DNA from: Antedon mediterranea
Taxonomy: Eukaryota > Animalia > Echinodermata
Assembly: GCF_964355755.1 (NCBI RefSeq)
Contig: NC_092672.1
Coordinates: 14,322,001 to 14,386,000, forward strand
DNA length: 64,000 nt
Direction: 5' to 3'
Shown in pieces: positions 1 through 13,138 of this stretch (positions are counted from its first letter, which is position 1; each line of letters begins with the position of its first letter). Under the pieces are notes generated by a model. That model had not been told where the DNA came from, did not search any database, and worked only from the letters and a program-made list of their open reading frames with translations. The position numbers and the translations under genes are program-made.

Positions 1-207
1 AGTGTGGCCCTAAACAGCGCGAGCAACGGTTGCATGTCTAAAAAACGTCTGTAAAACCCCAACTGACACAAAATGAGGCCGTTCAAAACTTATATTTTTA
101 GTTGTGTGTGTAACTAATAATTCCCAATATCTGGTGTGTGAAAATGGTCCTGGTACGATTCGGCTCCGAGACAATTCGCCACACTTAATTTATTGGCATT
201 GTTTGAT

Positions 208-980
208 CGCCGTGGTTAGGATTCCGGCACCGGAACTCAACTGCACAGCGTTAAGGAATCCGACACGCTATTACGCATGCCCAGATCGAGGTAATCGGCG
301 ACTCTATACCATGGAGGTTTTTATACCTCATACACGTCTCTCTATACTTATCAACAGCGATGGATCATTCATAGCTGCGCCACACGGCGAACTAGCCTAG
401 ATGTCTACTAATATGGGATCCACTAATCTAGGCTAGGGCTACCAGTTAAACGTGACCAGTGGGCCTATAGTATTTATTTTGTAATTAAAAAGTGGTTGCT
501 TCATTCATATATAAACTTCATATCATTATGAATTATATAATTACATGACTAGTTTTATGATTTTTCATAACGCATTATACTGTACATAACAACATGCAAT
601 CCCAAGTTGATTTTTTGACGGCAGCCACCGCGTGGATGTGAAAAAACTGTTCGGGAAGTCAGGGTCGCAACGCTAAAAACAGCATTACGATTCTTAGATA
701 GATACTGATACTTATTAATATCATTATAATTATTTTAACGCGTGGCGTAGTCGTATTTTAATTATTAATTCATGTATGGCATACGCCAAGTTTCATCCAT
801 CGCTCGCGCAACGACTATCTAGGCTACAGAAAATATATATATAACACTCCGACTCTCCGTGGTGTGGCACTGCACTGCAAGCTTTTATTCACTTCCCAGA
901 GCTCTGGGCATGCGCAATAGCGTGTCGGATTCCCTAACGGTGGGCAGTTGAGTTCCGGTGCCGGAATCCTAACCACGGCG
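208..980. mobile_element. Non-autonomous TIR element (MITE), MULE/Mutator-like
   Basis: 78-bp terminal inverted repeats at 208-285 and 903-980 (CGCCGTGGTTAGGATTCCGGCACCGGAACTCAACTGC..., about 4 mismatches). Flanked by a 9-bp TSD, TTGTTTGAT (199-207) and TTGTTCGAT (981-989). Confidence 0.85.
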
Positions 981-1873
981 TTGTTCGATATGCATGTTAT
1001 AAGTATAAAATAAGCTTTTTTTATTTTCAGAGAGATTATGAGGTAGTATAGGGATATAAAAGATACAATAAAACAAATATTTTGAAAATATTGCCCTCTG
1101 TTGGCCGCTTGGCGAATGCACGAAATAAACAAATTACAAAGTTTTCGAAGTAATAAATTGATTATAAAATTACGGTTTTTTTTTGTAATTTATTTAAGCC
1201 TATATTATATCAACATTGTCAATATCAATAAATACGGATTGTTAAACACCTTTAAAAACTTGATAAATACCCCCAAAAAATGAATATGAATTTGCTCTGA
1301 AGTGAGACGTTTCGGCCCAATAGTCCTGGGCCGAATCGTCTCAGGGCCGAATTGTCCCGGATTCAGTACTAGAGCCTAGAGGCCTAGCCTAGTACTAGTA
1401 AGCCTAGCAGGCCTAGAACCTAACTAACTAGAGACCTAGTCTGTTTAAATCTTTGATTTAACCTACTACCTCTTCTGCTTACGTTTTCAAATTCTAGATA
1501 GGTCTAGGCCTAGGCTTAGGCTCTACAAAATTTTAAATTATCGCCTCCTTTTTTTTGAATTACACCTTTCTCTTCCTCCTTTTTGTTTTGATTAATTTTG
1601 GAACGCTGGGTCAGCGTTGCCAGCGATAAAATTTAAATTATGCCGTATCCTGTCTCAAATAATGCCAGATTGGGAAAAATAATGCCAGATCCCCAAAATG
1701 TGGCCCTAAACAGCGCCACCAACGGTTTTGTCGTACAAAATTTATATTTTTAGTTTTGTGAGTAATAACTAATAATTCTAAATATCTGGGGTGCGAAAAT
1801 GGTAATTGCAAATGACACCAACACCAACCCCCACCCCTACCCCACCCCAAAAAAAAAAAAACCTGTTACACAG

Positions 1874-3661
1874 GGTTCTAGGACACCTACCCCCTAGACA
1901 GTTACCCCCCGGATGTTTACCACCCGGACAACTACCCCTTAGGACAACTACCCCCCGGACAACTACCCCCCGGACAACTACCCCCCCCCGGACAACTACC
2001 CCCCCGGACAACTACCCCCCCGGACAACTACCCCCTTAGGACAACTACCCCCTTAGGATAACAACCCCCCGGACAACTACCCCCCGGACAACTACCCCCC
2101 GGACCCGGACAACCACCCCCTTAGGACAACTACTCCCTTAGGATAACTACCCCCCGGGTAACTACCCCCCGGTCAACTACCCCCCGGTCAACTACCCCCC
2201 CCCCCCCCCCATCCAAAAGTAGACAAATATATAGGACCGGTTTCTGTAAAAATGAAATCATCTGTTTTTAACGGGTGTTTCGAAACTAGAGACCCGAGAC
2301 CAGAGACCTGACACGAGACCCAATACGAAAAGGGAGACCTATATTTGGGTCTCCCTTTTCGTATATTAGGGTCTCCCTTTTCGTATAGTGTGGTCTCTCT
2401 TTTCGTATAGTGGGGTCTCCCTTTTCTTATAGTGGGTCTCCCTTTTCTTATAGTGGGTCTCCCTTTTCGTATATTTGGGTCTCCCATTTTGTATATTTGG
2501 GTCTCCCTTTCGTATAATTGGGTCTCCCTTTTCGTATATTTAGGTCTCCCTTTTCGTATATTAGGGTCTCCCTTTTCGTATAGTGGGGTCTCCCTTTTCG
2601 TATAGTGGGGTCTCCCTTTTCGTATAGTGGGGTCTCCCTTTTCGTACGTGGGTCTCCCTTTTCGTATATTTAGGTCTCCCTTTTCGTATTGGGTCTCGGG
2701 TCTCTGGTCTCTGGTCTCTAGTTTCGAAACACCCGTTTTTAACCGATTATTCTGTTTAACAGCACGCTAGACCCTAGATGTGCTAGATTTAAAGTACCGT
2801 ATTTATTGAAAAAACGGCCTGGGCTGTTTATTGTTTAGGTGGTTTTTAGGTGGACATTTATTGGAAGAAAGTTGTTTATTCAATGGGAGGGGGAATAATC
2901 TAATGGAAATAGACGCCGATTATTCCATATGATGTTTCATGGGAGTGACATGGTCACCGTTTATTTCAGGGGAATTTATTTAAAGATCGACGTTTATTCG
3001 GTGAGTGAACATTGAGGTCAAATATCAAAAGTGATATTATTCTTCAAGTGTACAAAAATACATATATGACAAATTTGAGACAAAAATTAATTCTTTTAAG
3101 ACCAGTGGTTATCGAAGCATTGTCCTGACGCAAAAATTATTATTATTATTAGCGAACCCAGTCTTTACAGTAAATACAGGGAGTACTATATAATACGTTC
3201 GACTATCCTATGATCATGTGTGACAATCTTCAGTTTATACCAGGCTATATTTATGTTCAATCTTTTACTTTTGTTTACAATAATGAATAGTAATTCGTCA
3301 AAGTAACGAATTAAAATATAGTTATTAATTCCTATTATACACTGTTGCAGAGTCAGGTTGTTGAATGGTCTGGGTGGTTAGGGTGTTCTAAAGGGATAGT
3401 TTTCTGGGTGGTAATTGTCCGGGGGGTAATTGTCCGGGGGGTAATTGTTCCTAGGGGGTAATTGTCCGGGGGGTAGTTGTCCGGGGGGTAGTTGTCCTAA
3501 GGGGGTTGTTGTCCTAAGGGGGTAGTTGTCCGGGGGGTATTTGTCCGGGGGTAGTTGTCCTAAAGGGGTAGTTGTCCTAAGGGGGTAGTGGTCCAGGTGG
3601 TGGTTGTCCGGGGGGTAGTTGTCCGGGGGATAAATGTCCAGGGGGTGAATATCCGGATACG
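1874..3661. mobile_element. Foldback-like element whose arms are arrays of a ~16-bp repeat (GGACAACTACCCCCC)
   Basis: The left arm (~1874-2200) is (GGACAACTACCCCCY)n and the right arm (~3405-3661) is the reverse-complement array. 9-bp TSD GTTACACAG (1865-1873) and GTTACGCAG (3662-3670). Confidence 0.8.
2273..2734. mobile_element. Nested MITE with an internal ~24-25-bp tandem array (GGGTCTCCCTTTTCGTATA...)
   Basis: TIR GGGTGTTTCGAAACTAGAGACC... at both ends. Perfect 9-bp TSD GTTTTTAAC at 2264-2272 and 2735-2743. Confidence 0.9.
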
Positions 3662-3699
3662 GTTACGCAGCCATGGAAATTTATAATTTTTGAACTGAA

Positions 3700-4860
3700 A
3701 TATGAGAGCTGCTCGATGGCCGGGATCTTTGCACTTAATTTCAAATATGAAAAGATCTTAGCCCACCATAATTAGAAAATAGCAATTATAATTTAAAATA
3801 GGAAATAAAAAAAAATATTTTGAGTGTCTCCAGGACCTCAGCCCCACCATGGTTGATAAGAAAATTTGGACAAATACGTACCTACTCGATGGCCGGAAAT
3901 GGCACTTAATTTAAAATATGAAAAAAAAATATATTTATTAGTGTCTCCATGATCTTAGCCCACCATAGTTCGAAAATGGAAATTATAATTTAAAATAGGA
4001 AATCAAAATATATATTAATTGTGTCTCCAGGACCTCGACCCCACCATGGTTGGGGCTGAGGTAAGAAAATATGAAAAAAATAGAGCTGCTCAATGGTCGG
4101 AAATGGCACTTAATTTCAAATATAAAATAAAAATATATTTATTAGTACCTCCAGGATCTTAGCCCATGATAGTTTTGAAAGTACCAATTATAATTTAAAA
4201 TAGGAAATAAACAAATATATTAAGTGTTTCCAGGACCTCAGCCCCACCATGGTTGGGGCTGAGGTAAAACAAATTGGAAAAATAGAGCTGCTAGATGGCC
4301 GGAAATGGCACTTAATTTAAAATATGAAATCAAAATATATTTATTAGTGTCTCCATGATCTTAGCCCACCATAGTTTGAAAATGGCAATTATAATTTAAA
4401 ATAGGAAATCAAAATATATATTAATTGTGTCTCCAGGACCTCAACCCCACCATGGTTGGGACTGAGTTAAGAAAATATGAAAAAAATAGAGCTGCTCACT
4501 CAATGGCCGGAAATGGCACTTAATTTCAAATGTGAAATAAAAATATATTTATTAGTACCTCCAGGATCTTAGCCCACGATAGTTTTGAAAGTGCCAATTA
4601 TAATTTAAAATAGGAAATAAAAATATATATTAAGTGTTTCCAGGACCTCAGACCCACCATGGTTGGGGCTGAGGTAAAACAAATTGGAAAAATAGAGCTG
4701 CTAGATGGCCGGAAATTGCACTTAATTTTATAAAAATGTATAAGAGTCCCTAGGACCTCGCCCCATCATGGTCACTGAGAGGTGAAGAACATTTGGAAAT
4801 ATAGGGTTGCTACGACGATGCAAATGGAACATAATTTGAAATATGGAAAATAAATTCTCT
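3700..4860. repeat. Complex tandem repeat, ~200-bp monomer with internal subrepeats and an apparent ~405-bp dimer
   Basis: The motif GAGCTGCTCGATGGCCGGAAATGGCACTTAATTT recurs near 3706, 3884, 4083, 4285, 4489 and 4694. Alternate monomers resemble each other more than adjacent ones do. Confidence 0.8.
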
Positions 4861-5430
4861 AGAAGAAATTCTTTTTAAAATTAGAGCTTCTAGTTACCGG
4901 AAATTGCCATTTTAAGGGTTGGGGTAGGGGTGTGGCCACTTATGATTATGAACTGAAAAAACAAAACCGCTTTCATAATGTTTTCGTTCAATCGTCTCTA
5001 TATCTGGGGATCCAATAACCTGCATGGTCTCTGAAATAGAGCAACATAATTGGCCAATAGCTAGCCTCTTCGGATTTGTTGTGCTGCCTATATCGCACAC
5101 ACGGTAGTTTTCGAGCAGCCTTCCTATCCGAAGAGTCGATGAAGTCCGAAACGAAAGGATGGAAGAACTATTGTACGGAAAACCCGAACAGATCTGTTTT
5201 TACGATATGATATTGTTTTCATTTTTTTCATTTCTTTATTCGACAACAAGCGGTCCAGGGATTGCGACAGCAACAGAGCACCATAACACATTTGTGTCCG
5301 CAATCCCTGTAACATACAACTTAATACAAGTTAAAAATGAATATAAAGTATACAGAATATATAAAAAATTTAATTAATTTGTATTACTGTGTTACACCAT
5401 TTAAAATACTCCTATACAATTAAAATAAAT

Positions 5431-6355
5431 TTAGCGTTGATCAAGCAGATATTTTTTCAATTTCGACAGGAAATTTTTCAAAGGAAGAGTAACTGCTTGA
5501 TCTTTGATTATGGAGGGTAGTGATGACCATATAACAGGAAAATTGTTGATAGACGAATATTTTAAAGTATCGGTACGTGCAAAAGGGTGAACAAATGTGA
5601 GTAATTCAGGATGGCGTTGATTGATATGGATATTGTTATTTACAGTACTACAAAAAGTTACATTATAAAAACAACGAAATATAAAGGAAATTAAAATCAT
5701 TAAACGTCTATCACGTAAGGATAACCAACCCAAAGTTATTAAACGTTCGTCGTATGATATAGGTCCGCAGTGGGGTCCCAGAATACGTCTAGAGGCCCGT
5801 CGCTGAACCTGTTCGAGGCGTTTTATGTGTCCTCCATTTCTGGGGCCCCACGCCGGTAAACCATACTCTAGAATAGGTAGCACCAAAGTTTTGTACAGAC
5901 ACGAAATCGCGTCTGGAGAGCAATTTCCGGCTACAGAAAAAATAAAGCCTAACATTCGATTAGCTTTAGATATTAGATTATCAATTTGAACATTCCAATT
6001 CAGTTTAGAATCGATATGTACTCCTAAATGTTTATGGCTATCAACCACCGCAATTGTCTCACCATTAAGAAAGTACAACGGCTTAACAAAGTTACGCTTT
6101 CTGGTGATATGCATTAATTTAGTTTTGTTGACATTGAATTTCATTTGATTCTTATCAGCCCAATTAGATAAAATATTTATATCATTTTGCAAATTAACAA
6201 TATCGTTGGCATTTTGTCTGTGTCTATATAGTATTATATCATCTGCAAAAAGAAAACATTCAGAAGAAACATTATGATTAACATCGTTCACAAACATATT
6301 GAATAAAATTGGACCAAGACAACTGCCCTGAGGTATACCCGATGTGACTGGAAGT
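5431..6355 (-). mobile_element. 5'-truncated CR1/L2-group LINE, ORF2 reverse transcriptase C-terminal part
   Basis: Open frame LPVTSGIPQGSCLGPILFNMFVND...LFADD...MKFNVNKTK...HKHLGVHIDSKLNW...LYKTLVLPILEY...LEQVQRRASR. These are RT motifs plus a CR1/L2-type C-terminus, ending in a stop at 5431. Confidence 0.9.
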
Positions 6356-6585
6356 GTAAGGTGATATGTATTAACAAAATATTTTATTTTTGTTCTGTGG
6401 TAATATTATTTTTTTGGTTGTTCAAAAAACACAAAATTATGCCAGATTATGCTAAAAACGGCTAAATAATGCCGCGGCATTATGCCAGATGCCGTGGGCC
6501 TCCAAATAATGCCAAAAAGCATAATAATGCCAGAAATGGCAACTATGCGCTGGGTGCGCTATTTTCTATGGAACGCCAGAGCCGC

Positions 6586-7054
6586 CGCATTATGTTTTTT
6601 CCAGGTTTTTTGTTATTAGGTTAAGAAACTATAGAGGGCCTGAATCCATGCATTAATATTCAAATGTGACGGAAAACCCTGGAAATAGTTTTCACGCGAA
6701 AATGAGCGTCGCGCTGGTATTATGGTAGCTGCTACTGCTAAGCTTTCCTGCTATGTTAAAATTCAATATTTATTATCCTCAGTGAAAAAGTTGTTGTTGA
6801 ATATGCCGTGATTTAATTGTCAGAAACATGATCGTCAGTCGGTGGCTCGGGAGTTTCGATAATAAGTACGTTAGTCTCATTAATAATATGCATGAGACTC
6901 TGTGACGACATGCTTTAACGTGACGTCATTTTACTTTAGCTGCATTTGAGAAGTAGTCACCCGGCCATGAGCTCATGTATGCCTCATGAATATTCATAAT
7001 AAATGCACGACCTCTATAGTTTCTGCCTTAACCTAATAGGGAAAAAATAATGCG
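6586..7054. mobile_element. MITE-like inverted-repeat element, possibly Kolobok-type (TTAA)
   Basis: AGGTTAAGAAACTATAGAGG (~6618-6637) pairs with CCTCTATAGTTTCTGCCTTAACCT (7011-7034), and further imperfect inverted similarity extends outward. Confidence 0.55.
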
Positions 7055-7230
7055 ACCCGGATGCCTTTTGTTTTTACAGTGTTATTTTATTTTCATAAGA
7101 GAACATTCTCAACCTAATTAGTGCAAAGTCCCCATAAAATTAAATCAGTAATTGAAAATGTTGGAAATCTGTAATAGGTATACTAGTCTTTTGAATGTAG
7201 GTAGTCTAAGTAATGAAAAGGTCACCAGTA

Positions 7231-7345
7231 AACAAGGCCATGCACATGGCTGGCCCAGTCGCGTGCGCAAATTTGAGTTAGTGTTTACCGACTGACCGAC
7301 CAACCAACCGACCGACATAGTGAGCTATAGAGTCGACTAAAAATA
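7231..7345. mobile_element. Short Helentron/HINE (DINE-1-like) remnant
   Basis: AACAAGGCCAT start, (GACC)n-type microsatellite and GACATAGTGAGCTATAGAGTCGACTAAAAA end. Matches the ends of the element at 14222-14940. Confidence 0.6.
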
Positions 7346-8084
7346 TCTTGTATAATGAAATTATACGTAAGTCTACTACTGTTTTTAAATTGTATATAAT
7401 TGAATTTTATTTTTACTAGACCTTGTTACAGTACCAAAATTGTATTTTTATAGTATATTTTAAGGAATTATATTAACTCACTGATAGTGGCCTACGTTAG
7501 TCGCTTTTGCCTTTTTAAGTTTAAGATTAATTGACCAAAATTGATTGCCATTTTTACATTAATATCGTTCTTAGTGAAAAAGTATATAAATCAACACAAT
7601 CAACTTTATTATTATTATCGTATAGTATTTATACTTTTTATAGAATTAGGGACTATAATATCCAATCAGTAAAATTCCTACTTTTAATTCTGAAAAAAGT
7701 CATATAGCAGCACTATAGAATGAGGTTTATTTCACGATGAAGCTCGAACCGCTTTACCGCTGTCTATAACAATACATACAGTTATTACCAATGTTGTTGC
7801 AAACGTTTATCGTTCATAAACAATTCCCGGAGCTACCCTTTAAAAGTATGGCTGACATTATATTTCTTCTAAATTTATTTATATTCCACGTGATCAAAAA
7901 CTATAATTTTATGGATTCTTTAAACCATGGGGAAGGTGCAGCACGTGATTATAATGATTATATAAAGAGATGTACATTGTTTTGTTTTTGTGGGTTTTTT
8001 ATCCTTTAATACTATTTTACCACGTTTTAATTGATATGTAAGTTTTAATGTTTCATCTCATCTTGCCAAAGTTATAATTAATAG

Positions 8085-8425
8085 ATGGTTAAGTGCAATG
8101 GTATTCTATCGGATAAAGAATTTGTCAGTGTTGGAGCTCCACAAGGATGTGTTATTTCTCCAATTTTATTTTCATTTTATTCAAGTAACAGTAGTTTATT
8201 TTAAGTAAGTTGTGACGAAAGCAAGATGTAAATGAGTATTTTAATGAAGTTGACAGATGTGTTAATTGGTGTGACGACATGAACTTAATTCCTAGTATTA
8301 CCAAAGAGATTACAATAGACTTCTGTAAAACTACAGTAAAATACAATGTATTATCGATTAAAGAAAGTGAGATTGAAAGATTTGCCGCCCAATATAAATA
8401 TGTGGGTACTATATAATAGATAATA
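8085..8425 (+). pseudogene. Degenerate LINE RT fragment (Rex1/Babar- or L2-like)
   Basis: Encodes VGAPQGCVISPILFSFY, then frameshifted YFNEVDRCVNWCDD...TKEITIDF...YKYVGT-like motifs. Confidence 0.65.
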
Positions 8426-8449
8426 AATTATTTTATTTTATTTTTATTA

Positions 8450-8900
8450 TATTTTTATTAAAACATATTTAGACAGGATAACATAATTCAGAAAAGAAAA
8501 GATCACAAAATTCTGTTCCTTAATATGGTCCTGCAATGAAACAACTTTAAAACACAAGATTTCAAAAAATCCAAGACAAAAAAAAATACAACAATCAGTG
8601 AATATAGAACGTAATAAGAAAACGTGTTGAAAAACAATTATTGTTTAAAGGAATGCTTTTTATAATTAATTTTAAAACTATTTACAGACAGACTAACCTA
8701 ATTTTTACAGGGATCTTATTCCAAGCTTTAGCTCCTGCAATTTTTAGCGATCCGCTCATATAAGCAATTTGGCATAGGTGGTATAACATTCAGAGATTGG
8801 GAATATCTCGTTGAGTAAATTATTACTTACTTTACTAACTACTGTATAGAGACTGGAAGGTAGGGGAACATGCTTCGTGTTTTTTTTTTTCGATTGCTGA
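8450..8900 (-). mobile_element. Degenerate L2/Crack-like LINE 3' end
   Basis: The minus strand encodes SLKIAGAKAWNKIPVKIR, typical of an L2 ORF2 C-terminus, followed by a 3' UTR ending in an A/T-rich tail. Confidence 0.5.
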
Positions 8901-10058
8901 CTTAAATTAATTTATTGTGGCTAAGTTTACTACTTCATGTGAGCGCATTTAAATTATGTATACTTCTGATTCTGATGATAGTGGGAATCTAACTTTCCCA
9001 GAAAGCACATATTCTACTTTTTAGAAATCTCAAGCAAATCAGAGTTGATAACACTATTTTAATTCTATTTTATTCAAATATTTTATTATATATATTTATG
9101 GTAATTATACTGAACGATTATACAACGATACCATCTAACCCCATGCTCACTGAGTTATAAGAAGTGTATATTAAAGCTCTGTCTACACTATCAAACTTTA
9201 TTTAAAAAAAAGATTATTTCATATTACTACCTTATTTGGGCACATCACACTTTTTTTCGGTCAAGTATAATAGCGTAAAGAGAACTTTGGAAAAGTTGAA
9301 AATATTATTAAAGACCCACTCATTCGTGACAAAGTGTTACAGTTTTGATAGATCACCACCAAAAGCTATGTGAACTAAATAGCATTCATATGTTTTGAAT
9401 CATTTTTACAGAACTTTTACATTGGCCTATGACGTTGTTGCAACCTGCGTTTTTAACAGTATTTTAGCCTTGGCCCATTACCAGTATTTTGACATTTGCC
9501 CAAAGCGTTTTTGTAATTTGAAGTATTTTTTTGTAGATTCTAAGGCATATTATACTTAGCTTTGCATACAAAACTAAATTGATCTGACTTCTCTTTTCAT
9601 AAGTCAATCAGGCGCCAAAATAACTTTTGTCGTTTATATTCAAAAGCAATAATTAGGAAATATGCAAAATTATAATAAAATGGACTAATATTGAATTCCA
9701 CACGCATTGAGTTGGAAGATAACAATATAAATATATTGACAATACATACCAGTTTACAAAAGCATACATTGTGCGTTTGAAGGATCACAATTACAACTAT
9801 TGTAAAATAGATTTAATGTATATTGAAGAAATATAAAGATAATCGACCAATCAAATGGCTTGTAGATGTCAATTTATCAGCAAAGACACACCGAAGTCAT
9901 CGATTTGTTAATACACAGGAAATGCAGACGATTCTATTTTTATCGCTCTAATTATTACTTTGAAACCGCTTTATATTGTAGGCTACCTGCCGTTTGTTGA
10001 ACGGAGAAAATACACGTGTTAATAACTGATATTATAGCATTGGAATATCCACTGATAC

Positions 10059-11822
10059 ATGATGGCTTCTGTTAGCTGGCATTGTGTCTCAGTACCAGCA
10101 TTTTGTCCTTATCACACTAATAAAAGACAGGAATTCTACTGCAAGACATGCGAAGAGCCTGTATGTCAGCAATGTATAGCAGAAGAACACAAACTTCCAA
10201 AACATAAAAGAGAAGAAATTGAAAAGACTACAAAAAAATATCAAGAAAAACTGGAAAGCCTTTTGCCAATGAAAGCTAAGCTTGTTGAAGATTTTGATTC
10301 ATCTGTAACAAACATTGGAAACACTTTACTTCGATTGGAGTCTTCTAGACTAACATGTGCAAATGACGTAGACAAGCAATATAAAAAATCTGAATTATTT
10401 CTAAAGGAAAAACGACAGGAGCTAATTGAGGATCTTGAACAAAAATTCAAAAACAAAAGAGATGTTTTATCAGATCAAAGAGCTAGATTATTGGCAGCTC
10501 GAAGTGAAGCAGTCAGTGCTATACATTTTGTACAAAGAGTTAAATGGTATGATGACCACAAAACAGCGTTTGGAGATGCCAATAATTGTTATAGAAAGAT
10601 GAAGGAGGCACTCTCAAGGGAACTTCAACTGCGACCAGAAGAAAACTGTAGAATTTATTTCGAAGAAAATAATGAACTCGGAGAGATTATTTGTTCAACA
10701 ATGCTTGGTGAGATTGAAACTACATCTTCTGTTGGATTCACGTCTTGTCTGACATGTACCGATTTCCAAGATGTTAGAATAGGTTCTCTAAAGATTTTGA
10801 AGCTAATAGCAAGAAATGCAATAGATGAGCAAGTCAACGAAGGTGGTGCTGATGTAGAAGCGGAACTAATTTACCAAGACACGGAGATGAAACTTGAAAC
10901 AAAAGATAATAATGACGGTACATATTCTATTTACATGCGACCTGAGAAAGCTGGAGAAGCAAGTTTGAGTGTCAATATGTTTGGTATTCCAATCAAACAC
11001 AGTCCCTTTAAAATAAAGGTGAAACCTGCTAATCATTTGGTGTTGAAGTTTACGCATGAAGTGTTCAAAGAGAAAGGACCATTCGGGGTTGCTGTCTCAC
11101 ACAAGGGAGAAATATTTATTGTAAACCGAACATCAAATGTGTATGTCTTTGATCGAGATGGTAAATTGAAGAAAACTCTAGGTGTCAACGGAGCTAAATA
11201 TCTACAAGGAATTATCGTTAGTAACGATGAGACCTTCATAGTTACGGATAACCAGATCCGAGAGATTTTCAAATGCGATAAGAATGGCCAGGTCATCAAG
11301 AGATTTGGTGCTGATGTGTTGGAAGATCCAGTAGGTGTCACTGAAGGACATGATAAATGTGTATACGTTGTAGATTATGAAGGTCATTGCATACAGAAAT
11401 TTAAACCTGGGGGCCAATACGTTAAACGTTTCATTCATTCAAAACCAGGTGACGCGATTTCACCTTGGTTTATTACTACCAGTACGAGTAATAATCGTTT
11501 TATCATTTCTGATACATGGGCTCATTATATTCACGTATTTGATAGCAACGGGAACGCCTTATTTAGATTTGGTTCTTATGGTAAACTATTGGGACAACTT
11601 GAATATCCCAAAGGTGTGGCCGTTGACAAAGAAAATAATATATTGGTGAGTAGTGAGCACAGAGTGCAACTGTTTAGTTCTACTGGTGCATATAAGTGGA
11701 GGATTGATAACGAAAGTCATGCTTTACGTGATCCTAGAGGGATTGCCATCATTCCAGGAGATTGGAGGCGAGTAGTTGTAGCAGACTGGGGAAATAGGCT
11801 TGTTAAAATATTTAACTATTAG
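10059..11822 (+). CDS. RING-less TRIM-NHL protein, paralogue A (B-box2, coiled coil, filamin, NHL repeats; TRIM2/3/TRIM71-like architecture)
   Basis: Uninterrupted 587-aa ORF. B-box CPYH-x8-CKTC-x4-CQQC-x4-H-x4-H, helical coiled coil, filamin motif DNNDGTYSI...PIKHSPF, and NHL blades (PFGVAV, PVGV, PWFI, GQLEYPKGVAVD, PRGIAI). An in-frame TGA lies at 10053-10055. Confidence 0.92.
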   Translation: MMASVSWHCVSVPAFCPYHTNKRQEFYCKTCEEPVCQQCIAEEHKLPKHKREEIEKTTKKYQEKLESLLPMKAKLVEDFDSSVTNIGNTLLRLESSRLTCANDVDKQYKKSELFLKEKRQELIEDLEQKFKNKRDVLSDQRARLLAARSEAVSAIHFVQRVKWYDDHKTAFGDANNCYRKMKEALSRELQLRPEENCRIYFEENNELGEIICSTMLGEIETTSSVGFTSCLTCTDFQDVRIGSLKILKLIARNAIDEQVNEGGADVEAELIYQDTEMKLETKDNNDGTYSIYMRPEKAGEASLSVNMFGIPIKHSPFKIKVKPANHLVLKFTHEVFKEKGPFGVAVSHKGEIFIVNRTSNVYVFDRDGKLKKTLGVNGAKYLQGIIVSNDETFIVTDNQIREIFKCDKNGQVIKRFGADVLEDPVGVTEGHDKCVYVVDYEGHCIQKFKPGGQYVKRFIHSKPGDAISPWFITTSTSNNRFIISDTWAHYIHVFDSNGNALFRFGSYGKLLGQLEYPKGVAVDKENNILVSSEHRVQLFSSTGAYKWRIDNESHALRDPRGIAIIPGDWRRVVVADWGNRLVKIFNY

Positions 11823-11929
11823 TTTAGATTCTGTAGAATATCAGGTTTAAGATTGAACATAAGATAGATACATAGGAGTAAACATAATATGTCTGAACCA
11901 TGTAATATTACATGGACAAAGGAACCTGT

Positions 11930-12200
11930 AAAGTTGTTATGTTAGATACAATAACAAATTATGTGAAAAGAAAAACTGGGACTGGGAAGATTATTTCTTT
12001 AGAAAATATCTTAGAAATCTTACGTTCTTTAACAAAAAATATTATAATTAAAACTCTAGCCATATCTAAACTAATATACAATACTAGCATTATAACCATA
12101 CCACAATCATGGAAAGAAATTATTTTAAATAGTGAACATGGAAAAAACACCGATTTCTTTTGGCTTCATAAAAACAACTTAATGCAAAACTAATTTATAA
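11930..12200 (+). pseudogene. Degenerate Tx1/L1-like ORF2 fragment just downstream of paralogue A
   Basis: The peptide KNIIIKTLAISKLIYNTSII resembles the conserved post-RT motif of L1/Tx1 elements. Confidence 0.45.
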
Positions 12201-13138
12201 TTTATTTGTGGAAAATTTTATCTACTCCTGTAGCCTTTTTATTTTCTTACCTTATCATAATGAACATAAATCCTGTATATAAAGTTGTTTTAACGTAAAC
12301 TCTGTTTTAGGCATCAGTTATACTTTTTAAGAGGACAATTATTCAAATACATGAATCATTTAATGTGTTTGGTGATGCAATATAATTGATTGCATTTCAA
12401 TATAATCTGTATGTATTTGCATTTGTTCAATATATATATTTTTCTATATTTGCAATATTTTATATCTTAAATACAAATTGTAAGTAGTAGTTGTACTAAG
12501 ATGACATCGGGTATGAAGTGTCTCACATACTCCGAAGCCAAAATCGCATCTTGGACTTGCACAGTGAACTCTAACCTGTATTTTAACTACTTTAAAAACT
12601 TACTTTTATTGTCACAAATGTACATGTATGTATACAATATATTCATAAATGAGAATTTATATAAACGTGAGATGAACTCACACATCCAAAAAAGTATGTT
12701 TAGATATTATTAATATTTTCTGCATGACTTGTTATTTATAATTAATTCACATTTACCGTACCGTAGACCCAAAATATATACTGTCAATTTTACATCTATT
12801 CGTATTTGAATGCAAACGACGTGAGTACGTAAGACAACCAATACTCATGAACATTAAAGATGAACTAAACAACAATAGATCATATCACACATTCCTCGAT
12901 CTTAAAATCTGTAATTCAAAATTACGCCAATTCAATTAACCCATGATAAATATGAATTAGCCAATAATATTTTCGACAAACATTGTAAAATATGTCTGAC
13001 CTGGCATGGAACACACTAAATGATATATGTAATACAATTCTTTCTCAAACTTAATTTTGTACATTTCTTAGTTTTTAATATTGTCGTGACAAAGCATACT
13101 TTGTAAATATTTTGAAATCTGTTTTTATATCTAATTTA

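Noticed and set aside
1-1803. Direct similarity between 1-148 and 1698-1803, a possible hAT-like end CAGCGTTGCCA at ~1612, and a MITE-like end at ~1304-1364
   Set aside because: The similarity is real, but boundaries and TSDs cannot be resolved because one copy runs off the window edge.
1638-2487. Repetitive ORFs (RTTTP, IRKGRP, VVVRG)
   Set aside because: They are translations of MITE-internal tandem repeats.
5125-5160. Hammerhead-like CCGAAGAG...CGAAACG
   Set aside because: The core has C in place of the conserved U, stem II does not pair, and no UH cleavage site is evident.
10241-11649. Short antisense or alternate-frame ORFs overlapping the TRIM-NHL genes (also within 22076-23797 and 42602-43752)
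   Set aside because: These are shadow ORFs of real coding sequence with no recognisable motifs.
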